From: an uncultured delta proteobacterium
Lineage (GTDB): Bacteria; Desulfobacterota; Binatia; UBA9968
Assembly: GCA_963755715.1 (NCBI GenBank)
Contig: CAVWLW010000011.1
Coordinates: 1 to 48,666 of the forward strand
Direction of reading: 5' to 3'
DNA length: 48,666 bases
Shown: piece after piece, positions 34,960-44,399 of the stretch
How the letters are laid out: each line of letters begins with the position of its first letter
Numbering within the stretch: position 1 is the first letter of the stretch
Program-made: the position numbers and the translations under genes
The notes under the pieces: generated by a model
Databases searched by the model: none
Seen by the model: the letters and a program-made list of their open reading frames with translations, nothing else
Told to the model about the DNA's origin: nothing

Positions 34960-36393
34960 TTTTTTCTCCCAGATTTTCCGCTGTTGGTTTTACGGGTGCT
35001 CTTGGCGCGGCCGACGGCCAGCGCTTTGAAAAGCGGACCAAGGCTTTTGAGCTGCTCGATGCGGGCAACCAGTTGGATCGCCTCCTCGGCGTTCTGGCGC
35101 GGCAAAACCAGATCGGCGCAGTCACGGAATTTATCGCCGAGCTCTTCCCAACTCAGCGGTTTTTCCGGATGGCCGCGCGCGACGTCGTAGCGCCCCTCGA
35201 TAACGCGACCATTTTTGAGCCTGAATGCGGATGCGCGAGCGCACTTGATCGTAGCCCAATTGTTCCAGTTCATCGTCGACGTAAAGCGTCACGCGTTTCA
35301 TCAGTTCGACGACTTTTTTATCGCGTACTTTGCGCATCGTTGAAACTGGGCGATGCCGGCCTTGCGTTCGATGACGGCGATCGCCATGCAAAAAGGAATG
35401 CTGAATTTTCCTTCGAGCGCGGTCTTCGGCATCGGATAGATCAGCGCGTTAGGCACGTTGGAATTGGTGCCGACCTCGATGCGCTCGATATCGGCCGCGG
35501 TCAGATCATGTTGTCTGACCAAATCGAGAATCAAATCCTGCGCCGGATGAGACAAAGAGCCCGATGGATAGGGCTTGATCGAGATGCCCGGCTCTTTCAT
35601 AAAATAAGGCGCGCCAAGCCGTCCGGAAATCTTGCTCTCGTCGTAACCGCCGGCCATGGCGTTGAAGAAACCGCGGCGCGCCTCGAGAATATTCGTCGCC
35701 GCCGTGAAGCCGTCGCGCGCCAGCAAAGCCGCGGTCACGCCGTTCTCAGCCGCACGTCCGGCATGCAGCGGCTTGGTCATGGTGCCGAAGTTTTCGCGCA
35801 ACCCTGAAGCCATGCTCGCCGCGATGCCGAGCGTGCGAATGCAGCTGTTCTTCCTTGAGGCGGAGAATTTTGCCCACTGCCATCGCCGCACCGAGACCAC
35901 CCATCGTCGCAGTGGAATGAAACCCCGATTGATAGTGGCGCGGGTTAATCGCATCGGCGATGCGGCATTCGACTTCGACTCCCAAGATATAGGCCAAGAC
36001 GAATTCTTCGCCGCTGATTTTCGCTTTCTCACCGACGGCCAAGAGCGCAGCCAAAACCGGCGTGGTCGGGTGCGTCAGCAAGCCATAAACCGCTTCTTTG
36101 GAAGTCGAAAGCTGAGTGTCGTCATAGTCCATCGCGTGGCCCGCCACGCCGTTGGCGAGCGCAGCCTTCGGCGCCGGCGCGAAAAGTGACGTTCCGAGAA
36201 TAGATGCCTCGGCCTTGCCGCCCATCTGGCGGGTTTGCGCTTGCACGATGCGCGAACATTCGTCGGTCGACCCGGCTAAAGCGACTCCAAGTCCGTCCAA
36301 GAGGAAACCACGAGCCAGCCCCACGACATCTCCAGAGATGTCGCGAAATCGAGTCCGCGCCACAAAATTCGCAATCTCTTGCGTCAGTCCCAC
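34935..36393 (-). CDS. MmgE/PrpD family protein (first copy), split by several frameshifts
   Basis: GHAMDYDD, NFGTMTKPLHAG, IKPYPSG, GKFSIPF and ARGHPEKPL spread over ORFs 35746-36393, 35301-36032 and 34935-35273. Confidence 0.85.
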
Positions 36394-36618
36394 CGCGCCT
36401 CCGCCGAGCCAATTTGTTTGACCGGAAATTTACAGGCGTACTACCTTCGCGCACATTGCACCGGCCCACGGCCGAGTTCAAGAGGAGTCGATGCTGAATA
36501 TGGTTCTCGTCCCGTGTTTCATTGCGGCCGGATGATCGCCGTCGGTTCACGCTGCTCTGATCAGCCAGGAACAACGAAGGCTTCGATCCCTCTCACGGTT
36601 GCGCGGCGGCGCGAATGC

Positions 36619-36647
36619 TTGACAGCGAATATTCGCCAGGTTAGTGT
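36619..36647 (+). promoter_or_regulatory. Sigma70-type promoter for the SAM-I operon
   Basis: TTGACA-17 bp-TAGTGT just upstream of the riboswitch. Confidence 0.65.
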
Positions 36648-36660
36648 CTGAGTAACTGGA

Positions 36661-36775
36661 CACCTTATTCAGAGTGGTGGAGGGAAAGGCCCTTCGAAGC
36701 CACAGCAACCGGTTCCGGAAAACGGATCGCTGGTGCTAAGTCCGGCTCCCAATCGTTGGGGGCAAAGATAAGGTG
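36661..36775 (+). ncRNA. SAM-I (S-box) riboswitch
   Basis: P1 CACCTTAT/ATAAGGTG; CAGAG..GGAGGGA.AGGCCC..CGAAGCC..CAGCAACC...GGTGCTAA.TCC...AAGATAAG matches the SAM-I pattern; precedes sulfur-metabolism genes. Confidence 0.92.
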
Positions 36776-36787
36776 AGGTCTTCGAAA

Positions 36788-36822
36788 CCTCCTCTTATCT
36801 TGTGTAAGACGGGGTTTTTTTT
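36788..36822 (+). terminator. Expression-platform terminator of the SAM-I riboswitch
   Basis: CCTCCTCTTAT-CTT-GTGTAAGACGGGG followed by a T-tract. Its CTTATCTT can also pair with AAGATAAG of P1. Confidence 0.65.
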
Positions 36823-36833
36823 GGCGTGAAGAA

Positions 36834-37628
36834 ATGAGCACAAGACTCACCACGGAACAAATCGAGCGCTACAGCCGGCAGATCATGGTGCCGGATATCG
36901 GCGGCAAAGGGCAGATTCATCTGCGCGAGGCGCGCGTGTTGGTCATCGGCGCCGGCGGACTCGGCTCGCCGGCGGCATTTTATTTAGCCGCCGCCGGCGT
37001 CGGCACCTTAGGTATCGTCGATCCCGACACAGTCGAATTATCCAATCTCCAGCGCCAGATACTGCACGCGACGCCGGATATCGGTAAGCAAAAAGTCGAA
37101 TCTGCGAAAACAAAGCTGAATGGTCTGAATCCTGACGTCGAGGTGAAGACCTATCCGGTGCGTTTCGATAACGACAATGGCGCTGACATCGCCGCCGGTT
37201 ACAATTTCATCGTCGACGGCAGCGATAATTTTGACACGAAGTTTCTGGTCAACGACGTGGCAATACGATTGGGTATTGCCTTCTCCCACGCCGGCATCGT
37301 CCGTCTGCAAGGCCAGACCATGACGGTGCTGCCCGGCAAGACGGCTTGTTACCGTTGTCTCTTTCAAGCGCCGCCACCGGCCGAGGAAATATTGAACTGC
37401 CAGCAAGCCGGCATCCTCGGCGCGGTCGCCGGCACACTCGGCACGATCCAAGCAACCGAAGCGGTGAAGTACCTCGCCGGCTTCGAAGAAGGATTGCTGA
37501 CGGATCGGCTGCTGACCTATGACGCCAAGACGATGAAGTTTCACAGCATCGAAATAACCAGAAACCCGCAATGCGCGGCGTGCGGCGCGGCCCGATCGAC
37601 CGACGCAAATTTAGCGGCAACCGTTTGA
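36834..37628 (+). CDS. HesA/MoeB/ThiF family sulfur-carrier adenylyltransferase
   Basis: ERYSRQI, VIGAGGLG, SNLQRQ, DGSDNF and CYRC...CAAC. Confidence 0.92.
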   Translation: MSTRLTTEQIERYSRQIMVPDIGGKGQIHLREARVLVIGAGGLGSPAAFYLAAAGVGTLGIVDPDTVELSNLQRQILHATPDIGKQKVESAKTKLNGLNPDVEVKTYPVRFDNDNGADIAAGYNFIVDGSDNFDTKFLVNDVAIRLGIAFSHAGIVRLQGQTMTVLPGKTACYRCLFQAPPPAEEILNCQQAGILGAVAGTLGTIQATEAVKYLAGFEEGLLTDRLLTYDAKTMKFHSIEITRNPQCAACGAARSTDANLAATV

Positions 37629-37653
37629 GCCGTCGAAGAATAAAGGAAGCACC

Positions 37654-38913
37654 ATGAGTTTTGTGCTAGGACTTCAATGCCGGGAATGCGGCCAGGAGTA
37701 TGAGAAAAAACCTTTGCATGTCTGCGAGAATTGTTTTGGCCCGCTGGAGATACATTACGATTACGCGGGCATCAAAAAATCTTTGAGCCGGGAAAAGATC
37801 GCTGCGCGCGAGCGCAACCTGTGGCGCTATCGCGAGCTTTTGCCGATCGACGGCGAACCGCGCGTCGGTTTGTATTCGGGCTTTACGCCGCTGGTGCGCG
37901 CCCATCGTCTCGGCGCGGCGCTCGGCGTCAAAGAATTGTACGTCAAGGACGACTCGGTCAATCACCCGACCTTTTCCTACAAGGATCGCGTGGTGTCCGT
38001 GGCGATTTCCAAAGCGATTGAATTTGGTTTCGATACCGTTTCTTGCGCGTCCACCGGTAACTTGGCCAACTCCGTGGCCGCCCACGCAGCAAAGGCCGGT
38101 CTCGACTGTTACGTCTTCATTCCCGACGGCCTCGAGCAGGGAAAAATCATCGGCTCCGCCATCTACGGGCCAAAGACCGTCGCCATCAAAGGCAACTATG
38201 ACGACGTCAATCGGCTTTGCACCGAGATCGGCGACAAATACGGCTGGGCTTTTGTCAACGTGAATCTGCGTCCTTACTATTCCGAGGGAGCCAAGACGCA
38301 TGGCTTTGAAGTCGCCGAGCAACTCGGCTGGAAGCTGCCGCAGCATATCGTCGTTGCGTCCGCCGGCGGCACGATTCTGCCGAAATTGGCCAAAGGCTTC
38401 AAAGAGCTGATCAAGGTCGGCTTGGTCGAAGAAAGCGGTTGTAAAATCTATTCGGCCCAGGCGGCGGGCTGCGCGCCGATCATCAATGCGCTGCACAAAG
38501 GCACCGATCTAGTGACGCCGGTCAAGCCGAACACGATCGCCAGCTCGATCGCCATCGGCAATCCCGCCGACGGTTATTATGTCATTCAAGCCGTGCGCGA
38601 GTCGGGTGGCTGGGGCGAGAGCGTCACCGACGAAGAAATTCTTGAAGGGATCAAGCTGCTCGCGCGCACCGAAGGAATCTTTACCGAGCCGGCCGGCGGC
38701 ACCGAAGTCGCCGTGGCCAAGAAACTGATCGAAATGGGACGCATTCCGCGCGACGAATCGATCGTCATCAGCATCACCGGCAATGGCTATAAGACTTTGG
38801 AAACCGTCGCACAAAGCGTCGAACGGCCTTATACGATCGATGCCACGTTGCAGAATTTTGACGAGCTGTTTCGCCGGCTCGCGCCGCAAGCGAAAGTATC
38901 GCTGGCCGGCTGA
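37654..38913 (+). CDS. Threonine synthase-like PLP enzyme
   Basis: N-terminal CRECG...CENC zinc site, NHPTFSYKDR, CASTGNLA and ITGNGYK. Confidence 0.9.
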   Translation: MSFVLGLQCRECGQEYEKKPLHVCENCFGPLEIHYDYAGIKKSLSREKIAARERNLWRYRELLPIDGEPRVGLYSGFTPLVRAHRLGAALGVKELYVKDDSVNHPTFSYKDRVVSVAISKAIEFGFDTVSCASTGNLANSVAAHAAKAGLDCYVFIPDGLEQGKIIGSAIYGPKTVAIKGNYDDVNRLCTEIGDKYGWAFVNVNLRPYYSEGAKTHGFEVAEQLGWKLPQHIVVASAGGTILPKLAKGFKELIKVGLVEESGCKIYSAQAAGCAPIINALHKGTDLVTPVKPNTIASSIAIGNPADGYYVIQAVRESGGWGESVTDEEILEGIKLLARTEGIFTEPAGGTEVAVAKKLIEMGRIPRDESIVISITGNGYKTLETVAQSVERPYTIDATLQNFDELFRRLAPQAKVSLAG

Positions 38914-39022
38914 AAATCTCGATAAAGAAAGCTTGCCGTCGCGGCGCCTTGCAAGGCCTGGATTGACGGATTATTCTAAATTCGCTGGTTAGAGTGTTGT
39001 TGTTCGTCGAAGGAGGAAGTTT

Positions 39023-39301
39023 ATGCCGGTTCGAGTGCGTGTCCCGACCCCGCTTAGAAAATTTACCAATGGCGCCGATGAGGTCAATGCCCAGGGCAAC
39101 GACGTCAAGACGCTTGTCGATGACCTGGAAAAAACTTACCCTGGCATCAAAGAACGGATTTGTGACGAAAGCGGAAAGGTTCGCCGTTTCGTTAACGTCT
39201 ACGTGAACGGCGACGATATTCGTTTCCTGCAAAATCTCGAAACCGCTCTTAAAGAAGGCGACAATATTTCCATCGTACCGGCGATCGCCGGCGGCAATTA
39301 A
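39023..39301 (+). CDS. Ubiquitin-like sulfur carrier protein (MoaD/ThiS/CysO family)
   Basis: RRFVNVYVNGDDIRF...IVPAIAGGN; SD AGGAGG. Confidence 0.92.
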   Translation: MPVRVRVPTPLRKFTNGADEVNAQGNDVKTLVDDLEKTYPGIKERICDESGKVRRFVNVYVNGDDIRFLQNLETALKEGDNISIVPAIAGGN

Positions 39302-39320
39302 CTCGTAACCAACTGCGCTC

Positions 39321-40325
39321 ATGTCACCGTCGACCTCGCCCAATCTGCGCCTAGTACGATCCCCTTGGAAAGAGCCGAAGAAGGTGGAGTCGGTTCTCGA
39401 TTTGATCGGCGACACTCCCCTGCTCCAGATTCAGAGGATTTCCGAAGGCCTGCCCGCCGGCGTGAAAATCTATGCGAAGTTGGAAGGGTTCAATCCCGGC
39501 GGCTCAGTAAAAGATCGGCCGGCGTGGAGAATGGTGCAAGAAGGGCTTCGCAGCGGTAAGCTTCAACCCGGCAAGACGATCCTCGACTCGACTTCCGGCA
39601 ACACCGGTATCGCCCTGGCGCTGGTCGGCAGCGTGCTCCGTTATCCCGTCGAGTTGGTGCTTCCGGCCAACGTGAGCGCGGAGCGTAAACGGATCATCGG
39701 CGCTTACGGCGCCAAAGCCATTTACAGCGATCCGTTGGAGGGCTCGGACGGAGCCATCCGCATGTGCCGTAAGATTTTAGAAGCCGATCCGGAGAAGTAC
39801 TTCAAACCGGACCAGTATTTTAATCCGATGAATCCGCAGGCCCATTATGAAAATACCGGGCCGGAAATTTATCGCCAAACAAACGGAACCATCACCCACT
39901 TCGTCGCCGGCATCGGCACCGGCGGAACGATCATGGGCACCGGTCGCTATTTGAAAGAAGTCAATCCGCGCATTCAAGTCATCGCCGTGGAGCCGGACGA
40001 CGCGCTGCATGGGCTCGAAGGTTTGAAACACATGGCGAGCTCGATCGTACCCGGCATTTATCATGAAGAAGAATTGGACGCGAAAATACCGGTGTCGACC
40101 GAAGACGCCTATACGATGGTCTATCGCTTAAGTCAGGAAGAAGGCGTGCTGGTCGGTCAATCTTCCGGCGCCGCGATGTTCGCCGCGATGAAGCTCGCGC
40201 GCAAACTGCGCACCGGTACCATCGTCACTATTTTTCCCGATTTCGGCGACAAGTATCTGACGACGAACCTATGGGTGGGCTGGCGCGATCGGATGACGGT
40301 GGGCAATTTGGAATTTTCGATCTAA
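39321..40325 (+). CDS. cysM: Cysteine synthase B-like PLP enzyme (CysM)
   Basis: KLEGFNPGGSVKDR, TSGNTG and GIGTGGT. Confidence 0.85.
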   Translation: MSPSTSPNLRLVRSPWKEPKKVESVLDLIGDTPLLQIQRISEGLPAGVKIYAKLEGFNPGGSVKDRPAWRMVQEGLRSGKLQPGKTILDSTSGNTGIALALVGSVLRYPVELVLPANVSAERKRIIGAYGAKAIYSDPLEGSDGAIRMCRKILEADPEKYFKPDQYFNPMNPQAHYENTGPEIYRQTNGTITHFVAGIGTGGTIMGTGRYLKEVNPRIQVIAVEPDDALHGLEGLKHMASSIVPGIYHEEELDAKIPVSTEDAYTMVYRLSQEEGVLVGQSSGAAMFAAMKLARKLRTGTIVTIFPDFGDKYLTTNLWVGWRDRMTVGNLEFSI

Positions 40326-40331
40326 GTTTCA

Positions 40332-40595
40332 ATGGCAACGAAAACCAAGCAAGAAGCCGTGCGCGAAAGGGTCTACTTGACGTTTCCCAAGGACCAAATC
40401 AAAGAACCGGTGCTCAGCATGTTGTCGAAACAGTTCGATATTGTTTTCAACATTCGCGGCTCGACGGTGACGTCGGATATGGGATTAGTCGCACTGGAAA
40501 TCGACGGCAAGGAAAGCGAAGTGGCCAAGGCGATCGATTGGCTCAAGGCCAAGGGCATCACCGTGGAGCCGATCGAAAAGAACGTGATCGAATAG
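40332..40595 (+). CDS. NIL domain protein
   Basis: LTFPKDQIKEPVL...FNIRG...GLVALEIDG...AIDWLKAKGITVEP fits the NIL ferredoxin-like pattern. Confidence 0.8.
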   Translation: MATKTKQEAVRERVYLTFPKDQIKEPVLSMLSKQFDIVFNIRGSTVTSDMGLVALEIDGKESEVAKAIDWLKAKGITVEPIEKNVIE

Positions 40596-40603
40596 CAGAA
40601 TAA

Positions 40604-41071
40604 TTATTGCATGGCGGCGGAGATCGATAAGACCAAAACTCCGCCTTCATGCGGCGGCCCGCCCAGAATAAAATTTCCCTTGTTTGCAATCCGCACGGTA
40701 GTATCGAGCAGCGGCTTTTTGCCGTCGGTCAGGCGCACCTTCAGAGCGATCCGGTTGTCTTGGAACTCTTGCGGCGCAACCATCAGCGACCGCCCGCCGG
40801 GGATTTCAAAAGCTTTGTTTCCATTCCAGGGAATGTTTTGGCTTTCGTCTTTCAACAAGCGATAGGAGCGATATTTTAATACCCGAAGCTGCTTTTCCAA
40901 TCCCTTGAGTCTGGCATCGAACTCATCGCTCTGATTGCTCGCCAATATCGCGCCAATCCTAACTTCAACGTTTTGCGGTTGTTTTTGCGCCGTGCCGGTG
41001 ACCGCCACGGCAAGCATCGACAGCAGGCTAAAAAGCAGGACCCGAAGGGGCGGTTTCTTCAGCAGCTTCAT
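40604..41071 (-). CDS. Secreted hypothetical protein in the ECF sigma operon
   Basis: Start MKLLKK (ATG 41071) followed by a signal peptide; overlaps the anti-sigma 3' end. Confidence 0.7.
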   Translation of the reverse strand: MKLLKKPPLRVLLFSLLSMLAVAVTGTAQKQPQNVEVRIGAILASNQSDEFDARLKGLEKQLRVLKYRSYRLLKDESQNIPWNGNKAFEIPGGRSLMVAPQEFQDNRIALKVRLTDGKKPLLDTTVRIANKGNFILGGPPHEGGVLVLSISAAMQ

Positions 41072-41561
41072 TTTCACCTTCTTGATCTTGATACAACCAG
41101 ATGACGGTCGTCTTGGTATCGTATTCGCGCAACAAGGCGACGTTGCGTCCATACGCGTCGATCGACTCGACGGTGGCGAAGGCGTTGCGTCCGGCGCCGC
41201 CGCGCCAGTACGATTCGAGCGATACACCGGCGAGCAGCAAAACGATCACCGCCGGCACTACCCAAGCCACCCTCGACGCCGGGAGCACGCCGCGCATCCA
41301 ATCCAGCGCATCTTGATACCACGGCCGCTTTTCATTGACACGAAGCTGTACGGCGCGCCAGAAGGGCATGAAATCCACTCGCTGCGCTTCGGACAAGAGC
41401 ACGCCCGTCAGCGTCGACTGCAATTTCTCCAATCGCCTGCGCGCTTCGCTGCATCCGGCGCAGGCCGCCATGTGGACGCGCAGCGATTCGCTTTCGGCTC
41501 CGCTCAACTCGCCGTCGAGCCAGAGTTCAATTGACGCGATCTTATCTTCACAGCCGTTCAT
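41028..41561 (-). CDS. Anti-sigma factor, zf-HC2 type
   Basis: WLDGEL...HMAACAGC (HxxxCxxC) plus a TM helix; ATGA-type overlap with the sigma gene. Confidence 0.88.
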   Translation of the reverse strand: MNGCEDKIASIELWLDGELSGAESESLRVHMAACAGCSEARRRLEKLQSTLTGVLLSEAQRVDFMPFWRAVQLRVNEKRPWYQDALDWMRGVLPASRVAWVVPAVIVLLLAGVSLESYWRGGAGRNAFATVESIDAYGRNVALLREYDTKTTVIWLYQDQEGENEAAEETAPSGPAF

Positions 41562-42142
41562 AAAAATGCACTTAACTTATCTTGCAGTTTTTTTCTCGCA
41601 TAATGGAGCCGGCTCATCACCGTGCCCTCGGAACAACCCAGGATTTCCCCGATGTCTTTGTACGAAAGCCCTTCGATCGTTCGTAACACGATGACGGCTT
41701 TGTGTTCCGGTGTCAAATCATTGATCGCGCTAGTCAGTTTTTCTCGAAGCTCCTTGTCATGAAAATCGGCAAACGGATCCCGCGCCGCTTCGCCTTGAGA
41801 TTCCAACAAGCCGTCCATCGACTCACGGAAGTCCAATGGATTTCTTTTTTGACGCCGCTGCGCATCGATGGCGAGATTGACCGCGATCCTATAGATCCAA
41901 GTATAAAACGACGAACCGCCTTGAAAACCGCTTATCTTGCGGTAGGCCCGGAAGAAAGTTTCCTGGGCTACCTCGAGCGCGTCTTCGCGGTTACGCAGCA
42001 ACCCGAAAATCACCATGTAAACTTTCTGATGGTAACGGGAAACGAGCTCCTGAAATGCACTCATCTCGCCGGCTTGGCACTGCTGAACCAGTTCCCTGTC
42101 AGTCAGCTCCACGATGACCTTGCCTGTTAGACGCCGTCGCAA
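41558..42142 (-). CDS. ECF RNA polymerase sigma factor (RpoE-like)
   Basis: AQETFFRAY, SSFYTWIYRIAVN and GLSYKDIGEILGCSEGTVMSRLHYAR. Start may lie slightly downstream. Confidence 0.92.
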   Translation of the reverse strand: MRRRLTGKVIVELTDRELVQQCQAGEMSAFQELVSRYHQKVYMVIFGLLRNREDALEVAQETFFRAYRKISGFQGGSSFYTWIYRIAVNLAIDAQRRQKRNPLDFRESMDGLLESQGEAARDPFADFHDKELREKLTSAINDLTPEHKAVIVLRTIEGLSYKDIGEILGCSEGTVMSRLHYARKKLQDKLSAFL

Positions 42143-42269
42143 TGTACTTATTCAGCATAGCGAACAACTTAATAGCATAAAACCTTGAAGTTTTCGCGAA
42201 TTGCTCTAGAATCATTGTGATTTCCTTACCTTTTTATATCACCACGGCCCGTTCTGAGAGGAATAGCCC

Positions 42270-43313
42270 ATGTTAATACAATGCCCAAACTGTCAGACGA
42301 CCTACAAAGTTTCCGACGAGGTTTTGAAAGGCACGACCCCGGCGTTCCGTTGCTCAAGATGCAAACATACGTTCGAGCTTGAAGCGAACGACGCGCCGCG
42401 AGAATTGCCGCAAGTGACGCATCTAAGCGAAGCGGCGGGCGGCAAGTCTTCCGCAGACGCGGAGCCGAGCTTGCCGTTTGCGCCGAAACCGGAGCCAGCC
42501 AACACCGATGTCAAACCGGTCATCTTCAACCAATCATCGAAACAGGACTCGGATGACTCTCAGCCCAAGGAAGAAAACCGGCATCAATGGGAGGTGAGCA
42601 CGGCGCGCCGAGAAGATGAAAGGCCGTTCATCATGCCGGAATCTTCTCGGCCCGGGGAGCAAGAAAGAATGATCGACGCGCCCGGAGATTTTTCCATGGA
42701 TGATCCAGTATTTCGCAAGCTCGATATCCACGGCGAAAGCTCCAATAATATCTTGGCTATCTCACCCTATCTGGAGCAACGAGCCTCGATCCTGCCTTAC
42801 TTGAGCCTCCTCAGTTTGCTGGTGATCGGTTTTTCGCTCTTGGCGGTGATCAGCCATGCCAACCCTCAGACGCCCGAGAATATTCTTAAAAATATTCCGT
42901 TGCTCGGCGCGACCGTGCTCAAGAACAATCATTTAAAAAACGGCATCCTGATCAAGTCGCTGGGCACCAGCGTTCAAAGCATCCAGGGAAACCGCGAGGT
43001 ATTCTTGATCACCGGCGTTGCGCTCAATCAAAATCCGGTGGTGGTGCGGGAAATTCAAGTCACCGGCAAAATTTACAATCGCGACGGCAAAGAAATCGAG
43101 CACCAGACCATCTGGGTCGGCAACACGATCTCGCCGAAGATTATTCGCGGCATGACCGTGGAAGATATTCCGCAGTTGCAGGAGCTCAAACCGCTCAAAA
43201 GTTTTGAAGTTCCGCCCGGGGATTCGATACCATTTGCGATCGTGTTTCTAAAATCAACGAAGAATGCCAACGAATTTACCTGCGAGGTCGTGAACGCGCA
43301 AGGCGAAATCTAA
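42270..43313 (+). CDS. Zinc-ribbon (MJ0042-type) and DUF3426-like membrane protein
   Basis: CPNCQTTY...CSRCKHTF, low-complexity linker, one TM helix and a beta-rich C-terminal domain. Confidence 0.8.
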   Translation: MLIQCPNCQTTYKVSDEVLKGTTPAFRCSRCKHTFELEANDAPRELPQVTHLSEAAGGKSSADAEPSLPFAPKPEPANTDVKPVIFNQSSKQDSDDSQPKEENRHQWEVSTARREDERPFIMPESSRPGEQERMIDAPGDFSMDDPVFRKLDIHGESSNNILAISPYLEQRASILPYLSLLSLLVIGFSLLAVISHANPQTPENILKNIPLLGATVLKNNHLKNGILIKSLGTSVQSIQGNREVFLITGVALNQNPVVVREIQVTGKIYNRDGKEIEHQTIWVGNTISPKIIRGMTVEDIPQLQELKPLKSFEVPPGDSIPFAIVFLKSTKNANEFTCEVVNAQGEI

Positions 43314-43328
43314 GCTGCAGCGGGAAAA

Positions 43329-43508
43329 CTAGGGTTTGGTGGAGTCGTTTTTCGGCGTGATATCGATCTCGTCGGGCTCATTCATTCCCTTGCGAAACTT
43401 CTTGATGCTCTTGCCGAGCCCCTCGCCCAAATCAGGCAGGCGGCGATTGAATACCACCATCACGATCACGAGAATAATTAACAGTTCACCGATTCCCAGG
43501 CCGAACAT
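43329..43508 (-). CDS. tatA: Twin-arginine translocase TatA/TatE
   Basis: SD GGAGG, then MFGLGIGELLIIL...RLPDLGEGLGKSIKKFRK. Confidence 0.85.
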   Translation of the reverse strand: MFGLGIGELLIILVIVMVVFNRRLPDLGEGLGKSIKKFRKGMNEPDEIDITPKNDSTKP

Positions 43509-43593
43509 GAAACCTCCGTACTCGGTCCGCGTAGCGACACCGAGCGAATTTTTTAAAGCTTGCTCCCGCGAGGTGACTCGATAATATACGAAT

Positions 43594-44374
43594 ATGGCGG
43601 CGTTGAACACATCTCTATGGCGTTTTTTCGCGCTGTCCGTTGGCGCTGCACGTCCTTGCGGTGTTGCTCCTTTATCCTATCCGCCCGGCGCCCACGCCGC
43701 GTCCGGAAACCATCGCCGTTTCGCTTTTGCCGAACCCGGAAAAAATCGAGCCTGCGCCAAAGCGCGCGCCCCGCTCTGCGCCAACCCGTCCGTCAAAAGC
43801 GCCGACTGTCGTCGCCAAGAAAGACTCTCCGATCCCTTTTGAAAAGCCCACTAAATCGCTCGATAGGTCGGCCAACCGTGAAGACAATCGAACCGAGCGG
43901 CCGACGCCCGCGCCACCGGCACCGCCGCGCGAAACGGTGCCAGAGGAAAGCGTCATCGCCGAACGCCCATTGCCTTCTTTAAAAGAATTGTTGCCAAGTG
44001 CGACTTGGTCGTCATCGAGCCCGCGCGACAGCGGGCCGATCAGCCTGAATACGAAAGATCCCGTCTACGTCAGCTATTTTAACAAGATCAAACAACTGAT
44101 CGAGTCCCAGTGGGAATATCCCGAGCTTGCCCTACGCTACGGCTTGCAAGGACGACTCGCGCTCCAATTTGTCATTGACGGGAACGGCCGGCTGGAACAG
44201 TTGCGCCTGGTCCGCTCTTCGGGCTCGCAGTTGCTCGACGACGAAGCTTTGCGAGCGATCAAAGCGGCAGCGCCTTTTCCGCCGATCCCGCCCTGGATCA
44301 AACCCAGCCCGCTATTCGTCTCGGCTTCCATGGAATACCACGATAACCGGCTGAACTATCGCTTCAGCCCGTGA
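43594..44374 (+). CDS. TonB family energy transducer; probable frameshift near 43642
   Basis: Pro-rich linker and TonB C-terminal domain (YPELALRYGLQG...SSGSQLLDDEAL). Removing one G joins MAALNTSLWRFFALSV to ALHVL, giving the SxxLH motif. Confidence 0.83.
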
Positions 44375-44399
44375 GCGCAGAAACCTTGGTGAAATAAAT

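Noticed and set aside
43329-43610. Extended TatA as substrate of the element's rhomboid (AarA-like)
   Set aside because: A good SD sits directly before ATG 43508, giving a normal-length TatA. The longer ORF start overlaps the tonB start.
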